From: Candidatus Dojkabacteria bacterium
Lineage (GTDB): Bacteria > Patescibacteriota > Dojkabacteria > SC72
Reading direction: 5' to 3'
Length of the DNA stretch: 64,000 bases
NCBI GenBank assembly: GCA_040767225.1
Contig: JAXGOY010000002.1
Span: 17,410 to 81,409 of the forward strand
Part shown: positions 48,910 through 59,729 of the stretch, piece after piece
Numbering within the stretch: the stretch's first letter is position 1
Layout of the letters: the number at the start of each line of letters is the position of its first letter
Translations under genes and position numbers: made by a program
Notes under the pieces: model-generated
What the model saw: only the letters and a program-made list of their open reading frames with translations
Told to the model about the DNA's origin: nothing
The model's database searches: none

Positions 48910-50643
48910 TTATTGTATCTTTTCAAACAATATCTCTGGAGTATTTAAATGAGTACCACTATCTATTTGAGTAAACTTCCAATTATTTAGTATTTTACTT
49001 ACTTTACCATTCTTCTCTAAATCAATATTTTGATCATATTCATCTTGTATATTAAGCATAATTTTAAGCTTTTCAGAACTATTAGGTGTAAAAGGCTTTA
49101 GAAGTATCCTTAATGCATTAACTAACTGTATTGAGTTAAAAATAGTATTCTCACAATCTTTAATATTTTCTTTAAATGATACCCATGGAGCTTTATCATT
49201 AAAATATTTGTTTGCAAAATCTCCTAAATGAAGAAGTTCTTCACTTGCTTTTACAAACTCACATTTTTCTATATACTCTCCTATTTTGTTAAATTCCTTT
49301 TCTATTTCTTTTTGTACATTATTCTCTAAACTTCCCTTAGGAACAGTATTATTAAACTTTGTATTAACAAATGTAAGTGTTCTGTTTATAAAATTACCAA
49401 TGTTAGCTACAAGTTCATTGTTATTACAATCAATAAAATCAGACCATTCAAACTCTCTATCATGATTTTCAGGAGAGTTTCTTACAAAGAAGAACCTTAT
49501 TAAATCAGGACTATACTTTTCAAGAAGTGAATCTGCACTCATTCCAGTATTATCACTCTTTGACATCTTCTTTCCTTTGTAAAGAAGCATTTTGTTAGCA
49601 GGGACATCATATGGTAGATTTAGTTTTTCTCTTTTACTCTCCCCTGGTAGTTTGTATTTCTCCCACAAAACATCATTAGTATATTTTTCATTGTATGCAA
49701 TTAACTGTCCAGGCCATATTATCGTATGAAATGGGACATTCCCACCTGCGATAAAATAGTAATGTTTACAGTCTGGGTCTTTCCAAAAGTTTTCCCATTT
49801 ACTTGAATCTCCACTCTTTTGTGCCCATTCTATTGATGCAGAGAGATACCCTATTACTGCCTCCATCCATACATATATTACTTTGTCTTCCCATCCTTGA
49901 ACTGGAACAGCTATTCCAAATTTCATATCTCTTGTTACCTCTCTTGGTTCCAGTCCTTCATTAATCCAACCTTTTGAAAATTCTCTTACCCATTTTCTCC
50001 AGTGAATACCTTGTTTATCTATCCACTCTGAAAGTGGTTTCTCTAATTTCTTAAGATCAAGATAAAAATGTTCTGTTTCTTTTAATACAGGTTTGGTATC
50101 TGAAAGGGTACTGTATGGATTAATTAAGTCTGTTGGTTTAAGAAATGCACCGCATGTTGGACATTCATCTCCTCTTGCATTTGGCTCACCGCAGTTTGGA
50201 CATGTTCCTCTTACATATCTATCAGGAAGAAATTTCCCTACCTTTTCATCAAAAAATTGTTTTGATTTTTTAGGATAGAGATATCCAAGTTCTTTAAGTA
50301 CTAAAAAGATATTCTGTGTAACTTCTTTATGATTTTCAGTTGTAGTAGATGTATAGTTCTCATATATTAAAGAAAGTTTTTTGAATGTTTCTTTAATCTC
50401 TTTATGAGATTGCTGAGCGAGTTTTTCAGGTTCTATTCCAAGTTCTTGTGCTTTAAAGAGTATGGGGGTACCGTGGCTATCACTTCCTGAAACCATTAAT
50501 ACCTCATTGCCCTTAAGTCTGTGATATCGTGCAAAGACATCACAGGTAATGTTTTGACCTGCTAGATGTCCTAAGTGAATTTTTCCACTAGCATATGGCC
50601 ATGAGACTCCGATAAATATTTTGTTTGTATTGCTTTTATTCAT
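48910..50643 (-). CDS. metG: Methionine--tRNA ligase (no C-terminal EMAP domain)
   Basis: WPYASGKIHLGH, GSDSHG, CPNC..RGDECPTC zinc knuckle, YVWMEA, KMSKS; start at 50643 preferred. Confidence 0.95.
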   Translation of the reverse strand: MNKSNTNKIFIGVSWPYASGKIHLGHLAGQNITCDVFARYHRLKGNEVLMVSGSDSHGTPILFKAQELGIEPEKLAQQSHKEIKETFKKLSLIYENYTSTTTENHKEVTQNIFLVLKELGYLYPKKSKQFFDEKVGKFLPDRYVRGTCPNCGEPNARGDECPTCGAFLKPTDLINPYSTLSDTKPVLKETEHFYLDLKKLEKPLSEWIDKQGIHWRKWVREFSKGWINEGLEPREVTRDMKFGIAVPVQGWEDKVIYVWMEAVIGYLSASIEWAQKSGDSSKWENFWKDPDCKHYYFIAGGNVPFHTIIWPGQLIAYNEKYTNDVLWEKYKLPGESKREKLNLPYDVPANKMLLYKGKKMSKSDNTGMSADSLLEKYSPDLIRFFFVRNSPENHDREFEWSDFIDCNNNELVANIGNFINRTLTFVNTKFNNTVPKGSLENNVQKEIEKEFNKIGEYIEKCEFVKASEELLHLGDFANKYFNDKAPWVSFKENIKDCENTIFNSIQLVNALRILLKPFTPNSSEKLKIMLNIQDEYDQNIDLEKNGKVSKILNNWKFTQIDSGTHLNTPEILFEKIQ

Positions 50644-50747
50644 AATTTCAGTTTTAATTATATCAGAATACAATTTACTCTACTAATACTATGGAAACTT
50701 TTTAAAAACATCTGTATACTGTTAGTAGTAGATGGTATTACTGCCCT

Positions 50748-51305
50748 ATGTTTAACGAAAAAGAAGAAGCAAAATCTATAAATCTGTTAGAACCAGTAGG
50801 AAGTGGTGAAAGTGTTGGACAAATTTCAATTTCTTGGTTAACTACTATTGGGAAATGGATGCTTATTATTGTAGAAATTATCTCTTTAGCTGCATTTGGG
50901 TATAGATTTGTTATGGATGGGAAAAATAACGATTTAGCAGAGCAGATTAATAGTCAGGTTTCTACATTGGAGAATGCTACATGGAAGAAAAGTGTTGTTA
51001 GATATGGTAATTATCAGACTTTGTTAACTGATGTAAAAACTGTTAGGGATAAGCAGGAGATAAACTCGAATTTGATTTCAGAAGTTATTAATGGTGTTCC
51101 TTTAACTCTTAATGTTGAGAGTATCTCAATTAACAATGGAAAGGTTTCCCTATCCATTAAGACTACAGACTTTAATGCTTTAAGAAGTTATGAAGAGAAT
51201 TTAAAAAATAATACATATTACAGTGATGTCAGAGTAAATATTAACATGAAAGATGTAGAGTATGATGTAAGTATAAGTTTTAATGCTACAGGAAAAGTAG
51301 AATAA
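50748..51305 (+). CDS. PilN-like type IV pilus assembly protein
   Basis: SINLL N-terminal motif, one TM, ferredoxin-like periplasmic domain; upstream of PilO-like gene. Confidence 0.72.
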   Translation: MFNEKEEAKSINLLEPVGSGESVGQISISWLTTIGKWMLIIVEIISLAAFGYRFVMDGKNNDLAEQINSQVSTLENATWKKSVVRYGNYQTLLTDVKTVRDKQEINSNLISEVINGVPLTLNVESISINNGKVSLSIKTTDFNALRSYEENLKNNTYYSDVRVNINMKDVEYDVSISFNATGKVE

Positions 51306-51306
51306 C

Positions 51307-51936
51307 ATGGCAATAGAAGATAACAGTGAAAGAAAAGTTGAATATGTAAAGATTGCAAAAGAAGGTTCTAATAAAAGGGCAGAGACAATCTTTACAGGAT
51401 TAACATATATTGCAGCAATTCTATTGATTGTTTTTGCTATTGTTCCTACAGTAAATACTGTTAGAAGTATTGATAAAGAGATAAAAGAAAAAGAAAGAAT
51501 CTCTGCTGCACTTAAGAATAAGCTTCAGACATTAAGTAGTTTAGATGAACAGTATAATAATAACAAGAAGGCATTTGAGGATATAACTTTAATATTTCCT
51601 GCAGATGAGAATTTCAGCTTGTTGTTAGCTAATATTGAGCCGATTGTTACAAGGAATAGTTTTGTTTTAAAGTCTATATCATTTTCTGAAGTAAAAGGAT
51701 CTGCAAAGGAAGATTTAGGCCTAAATACAACTGTACTTATTCCTTACAATGTAAGAATAAACGTTGGAGGAAATAAATCTAATTTAATGATACTGCTTAA
51801 AGAACTTGAGAGTCTTCCTATGTATCCTGTTATAGAGGGGATATCATATAGTAATAAAATAGAGAAAGATGGAACTACTAATTATTCAATTACTTTAAGA
51901 GTATACAATATAAAAGATGTAAATTTTTATGAATAG
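51307..51936 (+). CDS. PilO-like type IV pilus assembly protein
   Basis: TM, FAIVPTV, coiled coil, LKELESLP..IEGISY. Confidence 0.72.
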   Translation: MAIEDNSERKVEYVKIAKEGSNKRAETIFTGLTYIAAILLIVFAIVPTVNTVRSIDKEIKEKERISAALKNKLQTLSSLDEQYNNNKKAFEDITLIFPADENFSLLLANIEPIVTRNSFVLKSISFSEVKGSAKEDLGLNTTVLIPYNVRINVGGNKSNLMILLKELESLPMYPVIEGISYSNKIEKDGTTNYSITLRVYNIKDVNFYE

Positions 51937-51939
51937 AAT

Positions 51940-52194
51940 ATGGAAATAGTAAGAAAATATGTTCCAATAATTGTGCTTACCATTATTCTTGTAATAGTAT
52001 GGGTAGGGATTTTACTTTTCTCTAAGAAATCTTTATCTACAATAAATCCTAAAGCAGAGGAATATACAGCTCCCTTAAATTCCTCTTTTGATGAGGAGGT
52101 GTTAAATGATGTATCTAAGAGGATTGATGATACATATGCTATTCCTCCTTCTTCATTTTTTGATATGGTTAAGACAGAAGAGTCCGCTAATTAA
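51940..52194 (+). CDS. Small TM protein following PilN/PilO
   Basis: N-terminal [13 protein letters not shown]. Confidence 0.6.
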   Translation: MEIVRKYVPIIVLTIILVIVWVGILLFSKKSLSTINPKAEEYTAPLNSSFDEEVLNDVSKRIDDTYAIPPSSFFDMVKTEESAN

Positions 52195-53276
52195 CGGTTT
52201 ATATAATCATCTAGCTTTTTATCAGATGATTTTTCTTTAAGTTTCTTTAATGCTTTAGCTTCAATTTGTCTTATTCTTTCTCTTGTTACTCCAAACTCTC
52301 TACCTACTTCTTCTAATGTCCTGCTTACACCATCTGTTAGACCAAATCTTAATGAAAGGACTTTTCTTTCTCTATCTTGCAGGGAGTCAAGAATATCTCT
52401 AAGTTGATTTTTTAAGTATTCAGAACTTGCATAATCCTCTGGGCTTTGTGACCATTCATCGGGAAGAATATCTTGCAATTTACTATCCTTTTCATCTCCA
52501 ATTGGAGTTGCAAGAGAAGAGGGATTTTGTTTTATCTTTCTTATTTCTGCTATTTTATCCAGCTCTATATCCATTTCTTTAGCAATTTCTTCATCTGTAG
52601 GTTGTCTTCCGAGTCTAGTAGCTAATGTAGTACTTACTTTATTGAATTTATTTATAGTTTCAATCATATGTACAGGGACACGAATAGTTCTTGCTTGATC
52701 AGCAATTGCTCTTGTTATTGCCTGCCTTATCCACCATGTAGCATAGGTAGAAAACTTAAAACCTTTGTGATAATCAAATTTCTCAACTGCTCTCATAAGG
52801 CCGATATTTCCTTCTTGAATAAGGTCTAAGAGTTCTAGTCCGCTTTTACTATACTTTTTAGCAATACTTACAACCAATCTTAAATTAGCAGTAATTAATA
52901 ACTGTGCAGCTTCTTTATCACCTTTCTCAATTCTTTTAGCAAGTATAACTTCTTCATCTGCAGTAAGAAGTGGGATTTTCCCTATTTCATAAAGGTATGA
53001 CCTTATTGCATCTGTTGACAGGGTTGATTGTATTGTTTTAAGTATTCTTATCTTCTTTTCAAGAGTTAGATTCTCACTATCTGGAGATATATTTTCTTCT
53101 GGTTCAAGTACTTCTATTTCATTCTCTTGTAGTTCTTTAAAAATATCATCAAGTAGTACAATGTCTTCCTCTATTGTAGGGAATATCTCTAAAATATCTT
53201 CCTGTGAGAGAAAGCCCTGTTGTTTTCCTTTTTTAACAAGTTGCTCTATATATTTTGATTTATTTGATTTGTTCAT
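52191..53276 (-). CDS. rpoD: RNA polymerase primary sigma factor
   Basis: Region 1.1, [73 protein letters not shown]. Confidence 0.97.
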   Translation of the reverse strand: MNKSNKSKYIEQLVKKGKQQGFLSQEDILEIFPTIEEDIVLLDDIFKELQENEIEVLEPEENISPDSENLTLEKKIRILKTIQSTLSTDAIRSYLYEIGKIPLLTADEEVILAKRIEKGDKEAAQLLITANLRLVVSIAKKYSKSGLELLDLIQEGNIGLMRAVEKFDYHKGFKFSTYATWWIRQAITRAIADQARTIRVPVHMIETINKFNKVSTTLATRLGRQPTDEEIAKEMDIELDKIAEIRKIKQNPSSLATPIGDEKDSKLQDILPDEWSQSPEDYASSEYLKNQLRDILDSLQDRERKVLSLRFGLTDGVSRTLEEVGREFGVTRERIRQIEAKALKKLKEKSSDKKLDDYINR

Positions 53277-53302
53277 TTTACTGTTATGGTATAATTTAAT
53301 AT

Positions 53303-53632
53303 ATGGGCAAGGACTTAAATGACAAAAAACAATTTTTTATTGATACAATAGCTAAATTTTGTGATAAATGCGGTCATCCTTACTCTGTAGAGGATTTAGA
53401 AATAATACAAGATACAGACATCTCAAGTATTATACACTTCTCATGCCCAAATTGTAAATCAAATCACATTGCTACATATTTTAAACCTATTGGTATAAGC
53501 AATAGAATGCCTATAAACACGGATTTAGATGTTGAAGAGATTAGCAAATTTGCATCTATGAGAGAAACATCTGTTGAAGAGATACTAGATTTATACCTGT
53601 ATTTAAAAGGGAAAGAGAAAGTTAGAATCTAG
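53303..53632 (+). CDS. Zinc-ribbon hypothetical protein
   Basis: CDKC...CPNC. Confidence 0.7.
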   Translation: MGKDLNDKKQFFIDTIAKFCDKCGHPYSVEDLEIIQDTDISSIIHFSCPNCKSNHIATYFKPIGISNRMPINTDLDVEEISKFASMRETSVEEILDLYLYLKGKEKVRI

Positions 53633-53633
53633 A

Positions 53634-56600
53634 CTATCTTTGCCATGATATATAGAAGTGCTGGTCTGATGATAGCTCAAATCTTCTATTTACATTATTT
53701 TCTATTCTTGTTAATCCTTCACTGTTTTCAACAATCCATTCTGACGGGTAGCTTAAAGAGAGGCTGTATGAATCTTTTCTGCTCCCAGGCTGTTTAAATA
53801 TGTATATATCCATCTGATAGTTTGTATCTGTTTTAAGCAATGGGAAGTTTGTATTATTAGCTGTTTTATTTAATCTGTATCTAAGTTCTAATGTTAAAGT
53901 TTGTTGAATTGGTACATTAAACCAACCTGCAATTACTTTATACCCATTTTCTATGTACATGTCATAGCTGTTATTTGTTAATCCACGAAGTGCTGTTATT
54001 TCTGCATTGTATGGTACATATATCCTTATATAGTTTCTATACTCTCCTTGCGGAAACTCTTCTTTAGTAGAGTCATTTTCTATTGTAACTTGATATGTAT
54101 AATCAATAGTTTTTTCATCTTTAACTTGAATATTTAAGGTATGATTCTTTTTTATATATAGATTGGCTTTATTCCCACCCCAGTTCCAATCAATATTTAT
54201 AGGTGCTACTGCAAACTTCTGTTCTAAATTACTCACCCAGCCATTTTCATTTAAATATGATTGAGCTGAAGCATTTTTAAATGAGAAAAGAATATGTTTT
54301 TCATCAATAGAGTCTTTTACAACCTCATATACATCTTTGTTATCTGTTATCTTGTTTGAAAATATCTTTGTAATTACAGAATTAAAGAAGTCTGCCAAGA
54401 AAACAGATGTTCTTGAATCAGAAACTAAACCAGTTGTAGGCTCCTTAAAAACTCTTGGATAGAAGTTCTCTGAATTTATTAATTCACTTTCTCCAGCTAC
54501 CTCTATTCCGCCCCATTTATCAAGGAGCCTTTGAATAAAAACTGTATCTAATGTAATAACTCCATCTAGAGAGTTTCCTTTTCCTAAATCATAGACAAAT
54601 TGCTCAGAGTAAAGAAGAACATTCTCTAGATTAGGATCCCAGTTAACCAATGGGAAAGAGAAAGGGACACCACCTAAGGCTTTAAGCATAGAGGTTGGAG
54701 TTTTGTATGTCTTTCCTTTTAATTTTAATAATGCTTGAGCATTATAGATATCATCTACAAACAGTTCTCTTATTTGTCCGTTTTCTATTGCTACTATTGC
54801 ATAATCTGATATCCATCCGCCAGTACTTCGTATCTCTCCGTTATCTTGAAATAGTATGAGATACCTTCTCCTTTGGTTTAAACCAAGTAGTTCTGGTAAA
54901 AACTCAGATATTTTTTCAATTGGTTCTACAGATGTTCTAATTTGAGAAACTAAATCTTTGTATTCATTTATTGTATTTTTTAATGATGAGGGATATCCTC
55001 TTGTATCTGCAGAAGAAATAAGGCTGTCTGCTAGAGATATTTTGTAAACTCCCTCTTGAAGTAAGTATCTGTTGTTTTTAATTGCCTCAAGGTAAGAAGT
55101 ATACTCTTGTGCATTCTCACTTTGTTGTGACTCAAAATTAATAGATGGTGTGAAGTCTTTTATATATAGTCCTAGGGGCTTAAGGCCGGTAGCAAGGTTT
55201 TGTCCACTTTCTGCAATATACTTTGTTCCTTGAATTACCTGGAAGAAATCTACATATTCCTTATTTTTTCCTAGAAGCTTAAATAGCCATGAGAGTCTAT
55301 TAAAACTATCCTCAACTCTTGATGCATTGGTAGAGAGAGATTCTGTTGTTTTCTCTATTTCATCAAAATTAAGCTCTGTGATTGATTGTTTAAGTTCATC
55401 TCCTTGTGTTTGTATAAAATGCCCCCCTATTGCAATTCCTATTATTGGGGTTATTAAGTAGTAAAAAAGTAAAACAAGGAGTGCAAAGAGAGATATATTT
55501 CTAAAAATTTTTCCATAATTAATTTCTTTAAACAGTTTATCTGGTTCTTTAAGCTTTTGGAAAGGTTTTGTTATAGAGGATATAATCTGTCCTAATTTAG
55601 TCTGTGTAACAGCTGTTTGTGGGGTATATGACTTTTCTTTTTCTCTTTCTGTTTTATCTACCTCCCATTTCTTATCTGCTTTTTCATAATATGCTTGTAC
55701 CTGTTGTATTGTTGCTTCTTCTAAAGAGACATTTTGTCTCCAGCCATACTGTGATGCATGAGGTGCAGGAACATAGAGGTCTTGGAGAATTGTACCTCCA
55801 TTTGTACTTTCTACAAACTTAATTGCTTCTGCTTCTACATCAAGTTCTAGTAATTTATATGCAATTGAAAGTGTTGAGTAGTCATTATTATTACATAATG
55901 AGATTACTTCGCCTTTTGTATCATCTGAGAATGTTAATTTAAGAATTCCATATACTGCATCACTTTCATGAATAAGATTGTGAATTTCAAGGCCTTCTCC
56001 TTCTATTTCTATTTGAGTTTTTTGTGTTGCATCTGTAAAGAGCTTATCAACAATAGGGTCTGATATCTTTGTAACACCTCTTCCAATGATTGTTCCTAGT
56101 CTAATTATTCTTAAATTTGCCCTTGTCTTATCTACATATTCAGCACAGAAGTTTTCTCCATATCTTTGAAGTTCAAGAGGGGTATATGGTTTTGCTTTTC
56201 CTGTTTGTTCATTATTTACAAGGTTAGAAAGTTCTCTATTTAATCTTAGTGATGTAACAAGAGATATTTTTGCTTTATACTTATTTGCAGCAGTAAGACT
56301 TTGGTTTAAGTAATCAGCTTCTGCAAGAAAATCTTTACTATCTACATTCTTTGATTCCTCTGCTTTCTCACCAAGCATATAATAGAGGTAATCTATTCGT
56401 GCTACTTTATCATAAAAAGCTTTTATGCCTTTGAAATCAATAAAACTAACCTTTCCTGATTTTTTAAGTTCAGTAAAATACTGCTTTGAGGTATTTGTAT
56501 ATTTATCAATGATTACTACATGACTTCCTTGTTCAAGAAGAGTTTTTGCTAGAAGAAAAGAGATATAGTTTCCTCCGTGAACTATAACAGAAACAGGGAG

Positions 56601-56636
56601 TTGTCCTTTTATTTTACTTAAATCCGCATTACTCAT
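53634..56636 (-). CDS. Fusion of degenerate NAD-dependent epimerase/SDR domain, TM and DUF4012 domain
   Basis: N-term VIVHGGNYIS..VVIID..RLGTIIG..HESDAVYG; C-term YLILFQDNGEIRSTGGWI, NWDP, DGVITLD, NWGGNKAN, YRNYIRIYVP, KQPG. Confidence 0.8.
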   Translation of the reverse strand: MSNADLSKIKGQLPVSVIVHGGNYISFLLAKTLLEQGSHVVIIDKYTNTSKQYFTELKKSGKVSFIDFKGIKAFYDKVARIDYLYYMLGEKAEESKNVDSKDFLAEADYLNQSLTAANKYKAKISLVTSLRLNRELSNLVNNEQTGKAKPYTPLELQRYGENFCAEYVDKTRANLRIIRLGTIIGRGVTKISDPIVDKLFTDATQKTQIEIEGEGLEIHNLIHESDAVYGILKLTFSDDTKGEVISLCNNNDYSTLSIAYKLLELDVEAEAIKFVESTNGGTILQDLYVPAPHASQYGWRQNVSLEEATIQQVQAYYEKADKKWEVDKTEREKEKSYTPQTAVTQTKLGQIISSITKPFQKLKEPDKLFKEINYGKIFRNISLFALLVLLFYYLITPIIGIAIGGHFIQTQGDELKQSITELNFDEIEKTTESLSTNASRVEDSFNRLSWLFKLLGKNKEYVDFFQVIQGTKYIAESGQNLATGLKPLGLYIKDFTPSINFESQQSENAQEYTSYLEAIKNNRYLLQEGVYKISLADSLISSADTRGYPSSLKNTINEYKDLVSQIRTSVEPIEKISEFLPELLGLNQRRRYLILFQDNGEIRSTGGWISDYAIVAIENGQIRELFVDDIYNAQALLKLKGKTYKTPTSMLKALGGVPFSFPLVNWDPNLENVLLYSEQFVYDLGKGNSLDGVITLDTVFIQRLLDKWGGIEVAGESELINSENFYPRVFKEPTTGLVSDSRTSVFLADFFNSVITKIFSNKITDNKDVYEVVKDSIDEKHILFSFKNASAQSYLNENGWVSNLEQKFAVAPINIDWNWGGNKANLYIKKNHTLNIQVKDEKTIDYTYQVTIENDSTKEEFPQGEYRNYIRIYVPYNAEITALRGLTNNSYDMYIENGYKVIAGWFNVPIQQTLTLELRYRLNKTANNTNFPLLKTDTNYQMDIYIFKQPGSRKDSYSLSLSYPSEWIVENSEGLTRIENNVNRRFELSSDQHFYISWQR

Positions 56637-57279
56637 TATTTTCTACTAAATCAAAACTTACAGGGATGGGAAATTGATAGACCTTCACATTTAATATGTG
56701 TTTTTCCCTTATAACAATAGGAAATTCTAAATCCTCAAAATTAGGTGCAGAGATTTTTACATTATACTCTCCAGCAGTTAGTTCAAGATTTGTAACAGGG
56801 ATATTTTCTTCATATTTACTGCTTATTATTGCTTTTGCATTATCAGCATTAGAAGTTAATATGAGCTTTCCTTTGTTTTCACCAGTAGTATTATCTTGTG
56901 TGTAGTAGAGGATAAAGCCATGGAGATTATCATCTGGTCCTATCTCCATATTTATCCTAGATGTAGAATTCTTTGTTAATTTAATATTAAAGATATGAGG
57001 CTTATAAAAGCCACTGCTTTCAGATATCCTAGTTAATTCAACCTCATATTCATCTGCCACAAGCTCTGTAATTGTTGCAGGTGTTTCACCATAGCTCTTC
57101 CCATTTATTTTTACAGATGCCTTACCATTTGGTGTTGTTATTTCCAGTGTTGTATTTTTGTAAAATGTTTTAAGTACAGGTAAATTCTTTGCAATATCTT
57201 CAAAAGGGAAGAGAAAAAAAAGAACAGACAAAATTAGTAAAAGGATTATTAGTATATAGGCAGTTTTAGGCTTTTTCAT
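56629..57279 (-). CDS. PEGA-domain protein
   Basis: ASVKINGKSYGETP; LTAGEYNVKISAPNF. Confidence 0.8.
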   Translation of the reverse strand: MKKPKTAYILIILLLILSVLFFLFPFEDIAKNLPVLKTFYKNTTLEITTPNGKASVKINGKSYGETPATITELVADEYEVELTRISESSGFYKPHIFNIKLTKNSTSRINMEIGPDDNLHGFILYYTQDNTTGENKGKLILTSNADNAKAIISSKYEENIPVTNLELTAGEYNVKISAPNFEDLEFPIVIREKHILNVKVYQFPIPVSFDLVENNE

Positions 57280-57320
57280 ATACTCTAATTATATTGAAGC
57301 AATAAATATTTGTCCAGGAA

Positions 57321-58529
57321 TTAATATGAGTACTTTGATTCTGGAGAAGGTTTTTCCTTTTCTTTTTTTGTTTTTGCCTTGTAGTTTGTAAATACAATAA
57401 ATCCTATTACTAATGCAGTACCAAATATTAAAGCAAAATATCTAAGTGCACCTGTTGCAAGGATTGCAAAAGAGCCTACAAGCAGGGCAACAGCAGTTTC
57501 TATTAAAAGAATTTGTACACTTGTAAAATTAAGTTTAAGAAGTTGATGATGAAGATGTGAAGTATCATTTATTTTCATTAGCTCAATAGGGTTTTTAGGT
57601 TTGTATGTTATATATCTATAAATTATTACATATATCGCATCAATTATTGGAAGTGCTAGAAGCATTATTGTAGTAGAAAATTTTGCTCCACTTATTAGTG
57701 CTAATATGCTTATTAGAAATCCATAAACTGATTTTCCACTTGAACCAGACATAATTTTAGGTGGAGGAAATGCAAAGTAAAGGAGAGAAAGAAGGGTACC
57801 GGATATAAATATGGATAAGGTGCTTGAAAAGAGGGAATATGTTCTTACACTTATTACAAACAAAAGCAGAAATATGGAAAGAGAATATGATTCTACTAAT
57901 CCTGGTGAGCCACCTACCCACTTCACAGAATTAATACAAAGCAGAATCCAGCATATTAAAATCAAGTCTCCTGGAAACACAAAAGATATTGGCATTGAGA
58001 GAATATTTGTACTCCAAGTAGATTGTGTAAGATTAAGGATATCGTTAGTAAAAAAGCTAATATTTGAGAGATCTATTACAGAAAATGCAATAACTGATGC
58101 TGCAATTATTTGATATCCAAGCTGAACCTTTGCTGGTAAGTTTAAAACATCATCAAGTACAGACCCTATTATTAGGATTAAGAGAGCAATAGTAATTGCT
58201 GATATCACAGGATCAAATCTAAAAAACAGAGGAATTGCAATTAAAAGAGGGATAGTAACAGCTAATCCTCCTAGGGCTGGGGTCTCTTTCTCATGTATTG
58301 CTTTTTGAGGATTGTCAAACTCCCTATTTTTTCTTCTTACTCCAGGTTTATAAGTTATCCCAAATTTAATAGCGAGTTTTCCTATTAATGGAATTATTAT
58401 GAAAGACACAATTAAACCTATTAAAAGAACTGGCCAGTAGCTTAAATATTTCCCATATTGAGATGTCATGTCTACATTCCCAATGTTAAGTATTTTCTCT
58501 AATAATTTTGTTGGTACTGAACTATCCAT
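57321..58529 (-). CDS. MraY/WecA (glycosyltransferase family 4) homolog, divergent
   Basis: HEKETPALGGLA, SVLDD, LPIIDA, HLHHQL; about 11 TM. Confidence 0.85.
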   Translation of the reverse strand: MDSSVPTKLLEKILNIGNVDMTSQYGKYLSYWPVLLIGLIVSFIIIPLIGKLAIKFGITYKPGVRRKNREFDNPQKAIHEKETPALGGLAVTIPLLIAIPLFFRFDPVISAITIALLILIIGSVLDDVLNLPAKVQLGYQIIAASVIAFSVIDLSNISFFTNDILNLTQSTWSTNILSMPISFVFPGDLILICWILLCINSVKWVGGSPGLVESYSLSIFLLLFVISVRTYSLFSSTLSIFISGTLLSLLYFAFPPPKIMSGSSGKSVYGFLISILALISGAKFSTTIMLLALPIIDAIYVIIYRYITYKPKNPIELMKINDTSHLHHQLLKLNFTSVQILLIETAVALLVGSFAILATGALRYFALIFGTALVIGFIVFTNYKAKTKKEKEKPSPESKYSY

Positions 58530-58532
58530 TTT

Positions 58533-58979
58533 TTAAAAGATTAAAACTAATTTCATAAATATGAAACAGATTGAGATATTTGAAAGAAGACAAACTATCT
58601 CAAGAACCTTTATTAACTCTCTCTCTTTATGATAATAGCTGTTTGCAAGGGCTATTGTACATAGCAGTATTAAAAAGGATAAAACAGGGAAAAAGTAAAT
58701 ATATTGATTAGCAACTAGTCTCTTTGACGGGTTAAGGAAATAGTTAAAAACTGGTACTTTACTTGGGATTCGGGTTTTACTTTGTATTGTATAAACTTGA
58801 GTAGCAATAAGAGCAAGTGATGTTATTATTACAAACCAAGTAAGTGGATCTTTTACAAACTTCTTTGTTTCTATCCCAGCAAGCCATAATTCATATTGGT
58901 TTTTGTATTTGTAATAGATATTTTTAGGTGTATCTGGAAGGGTTAGCTCTAACTGTTTTTCTTTTTTCTTCTTTGTCAT
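58533..58979 (-). CDS. Hypothetical 3-TM membrane protein
   Basis: ORF track; IPSKVPVF motif. Confidence 0.65.
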   Translation of the reverse strand: MTKKKKEKQLELTLPDTPKNIYYKYKNQYELWLAGIETKKFVKDPLTWFVIITSLALIATQVYTIQSKTRIPSKVPVFNYFLNPSKRLVANQYIYFFPVLSFLILLCTIALANSYYHKERELIKVLEIVCLLSNISICFIFMKLVLIF

Positions 58980-59000
58980 TAAAGCAATTATACCAAATGC

Positions 59001-59729
59001 TTAAGAAGAATATTCATATAGCTTGATAAAATCGTCTAATGATAATTGTTCTGGTCTTAAATTCTTAAATTCTTGTGCACCCTTCTCAAATCTTGTACCT
59101 TTAAGATTGTTTAATATATTCTTTCTTGGTTGTCTAAATGAGAGTTTGATGAGGTTAGCAATATCTTCCTTGTTATTAATTTTTCTGCTTGTTGGAGAAA
59201 ATGAAATAAAGGAACTGGTGACATGGGGCTTTGGTCTAAATGAATCAGGGGAGATATCAAATACTTTTTTACAATCAGCATACATTGCTGTTGTAAGAGA
59301 AAGAATGGAGTATGGTTGTTTGTATAGATATTTCTCTGCAACTTCTTTTTGAATAATAAAAAATGATGGATTTGTAAAATATTTACTTTCTATTATCTTC
59401 TTAATTATTTTCTTTGAGACATTAAATGGGAGAGACCCAAAAAAGGTTGTATTTTCACCTGCGATTGTATTAAGGTCAATATCTAAGAAATCATTATTAA
59501 TTACTAAAATCTTTGGAAATTGAAATTTAAGATTTTGTGCAATCTCCCTATCTTTTTCTATTACTATTACATTCTCAAATTTTTTAATTAGCTTTTCTGT
59601 AAAGAAACCTAATCCTGGTCCTATTTCAACTACTGATGTACAGTTTGAATTTGCAAGGATATTGATAATATAGTTTCCTAGGTTCTCATTTACAAAGAAA
59701 TTTTGTCCTAAAGACTTTTTAATCTTCAT
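59001..59729 (-). CDS. rsmA: 16S rRNA dimethyladenosine transferase
   Basis: KKSLGQNF, VEIGPGLG, IEKD, QKEVA, FRPKPHVTS, F.QPRK. Confidence 0.92.
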   Translation of the reverse strand: MKIKKSLGQNFFVNENLGNYIINILANSNCTSVVEIGPGLGFFTEKLIKKFENVIVIEKDREIAQNLKFQFPKILVINNDFLDIDLNTIAGENTTFFGSLPFNVSKKIIKKIIESKYFTNPSFFIIQKEVAEKYLYKQPYSILSLTTAMYADCKKVFDISPDSFRPKPHVTSSFISFSPTSRKINNKEDIANLIKLSFRQPRKNILNNLKGTRFEKGAQEFKNLRPEQLSLDDFIKLYEYSS

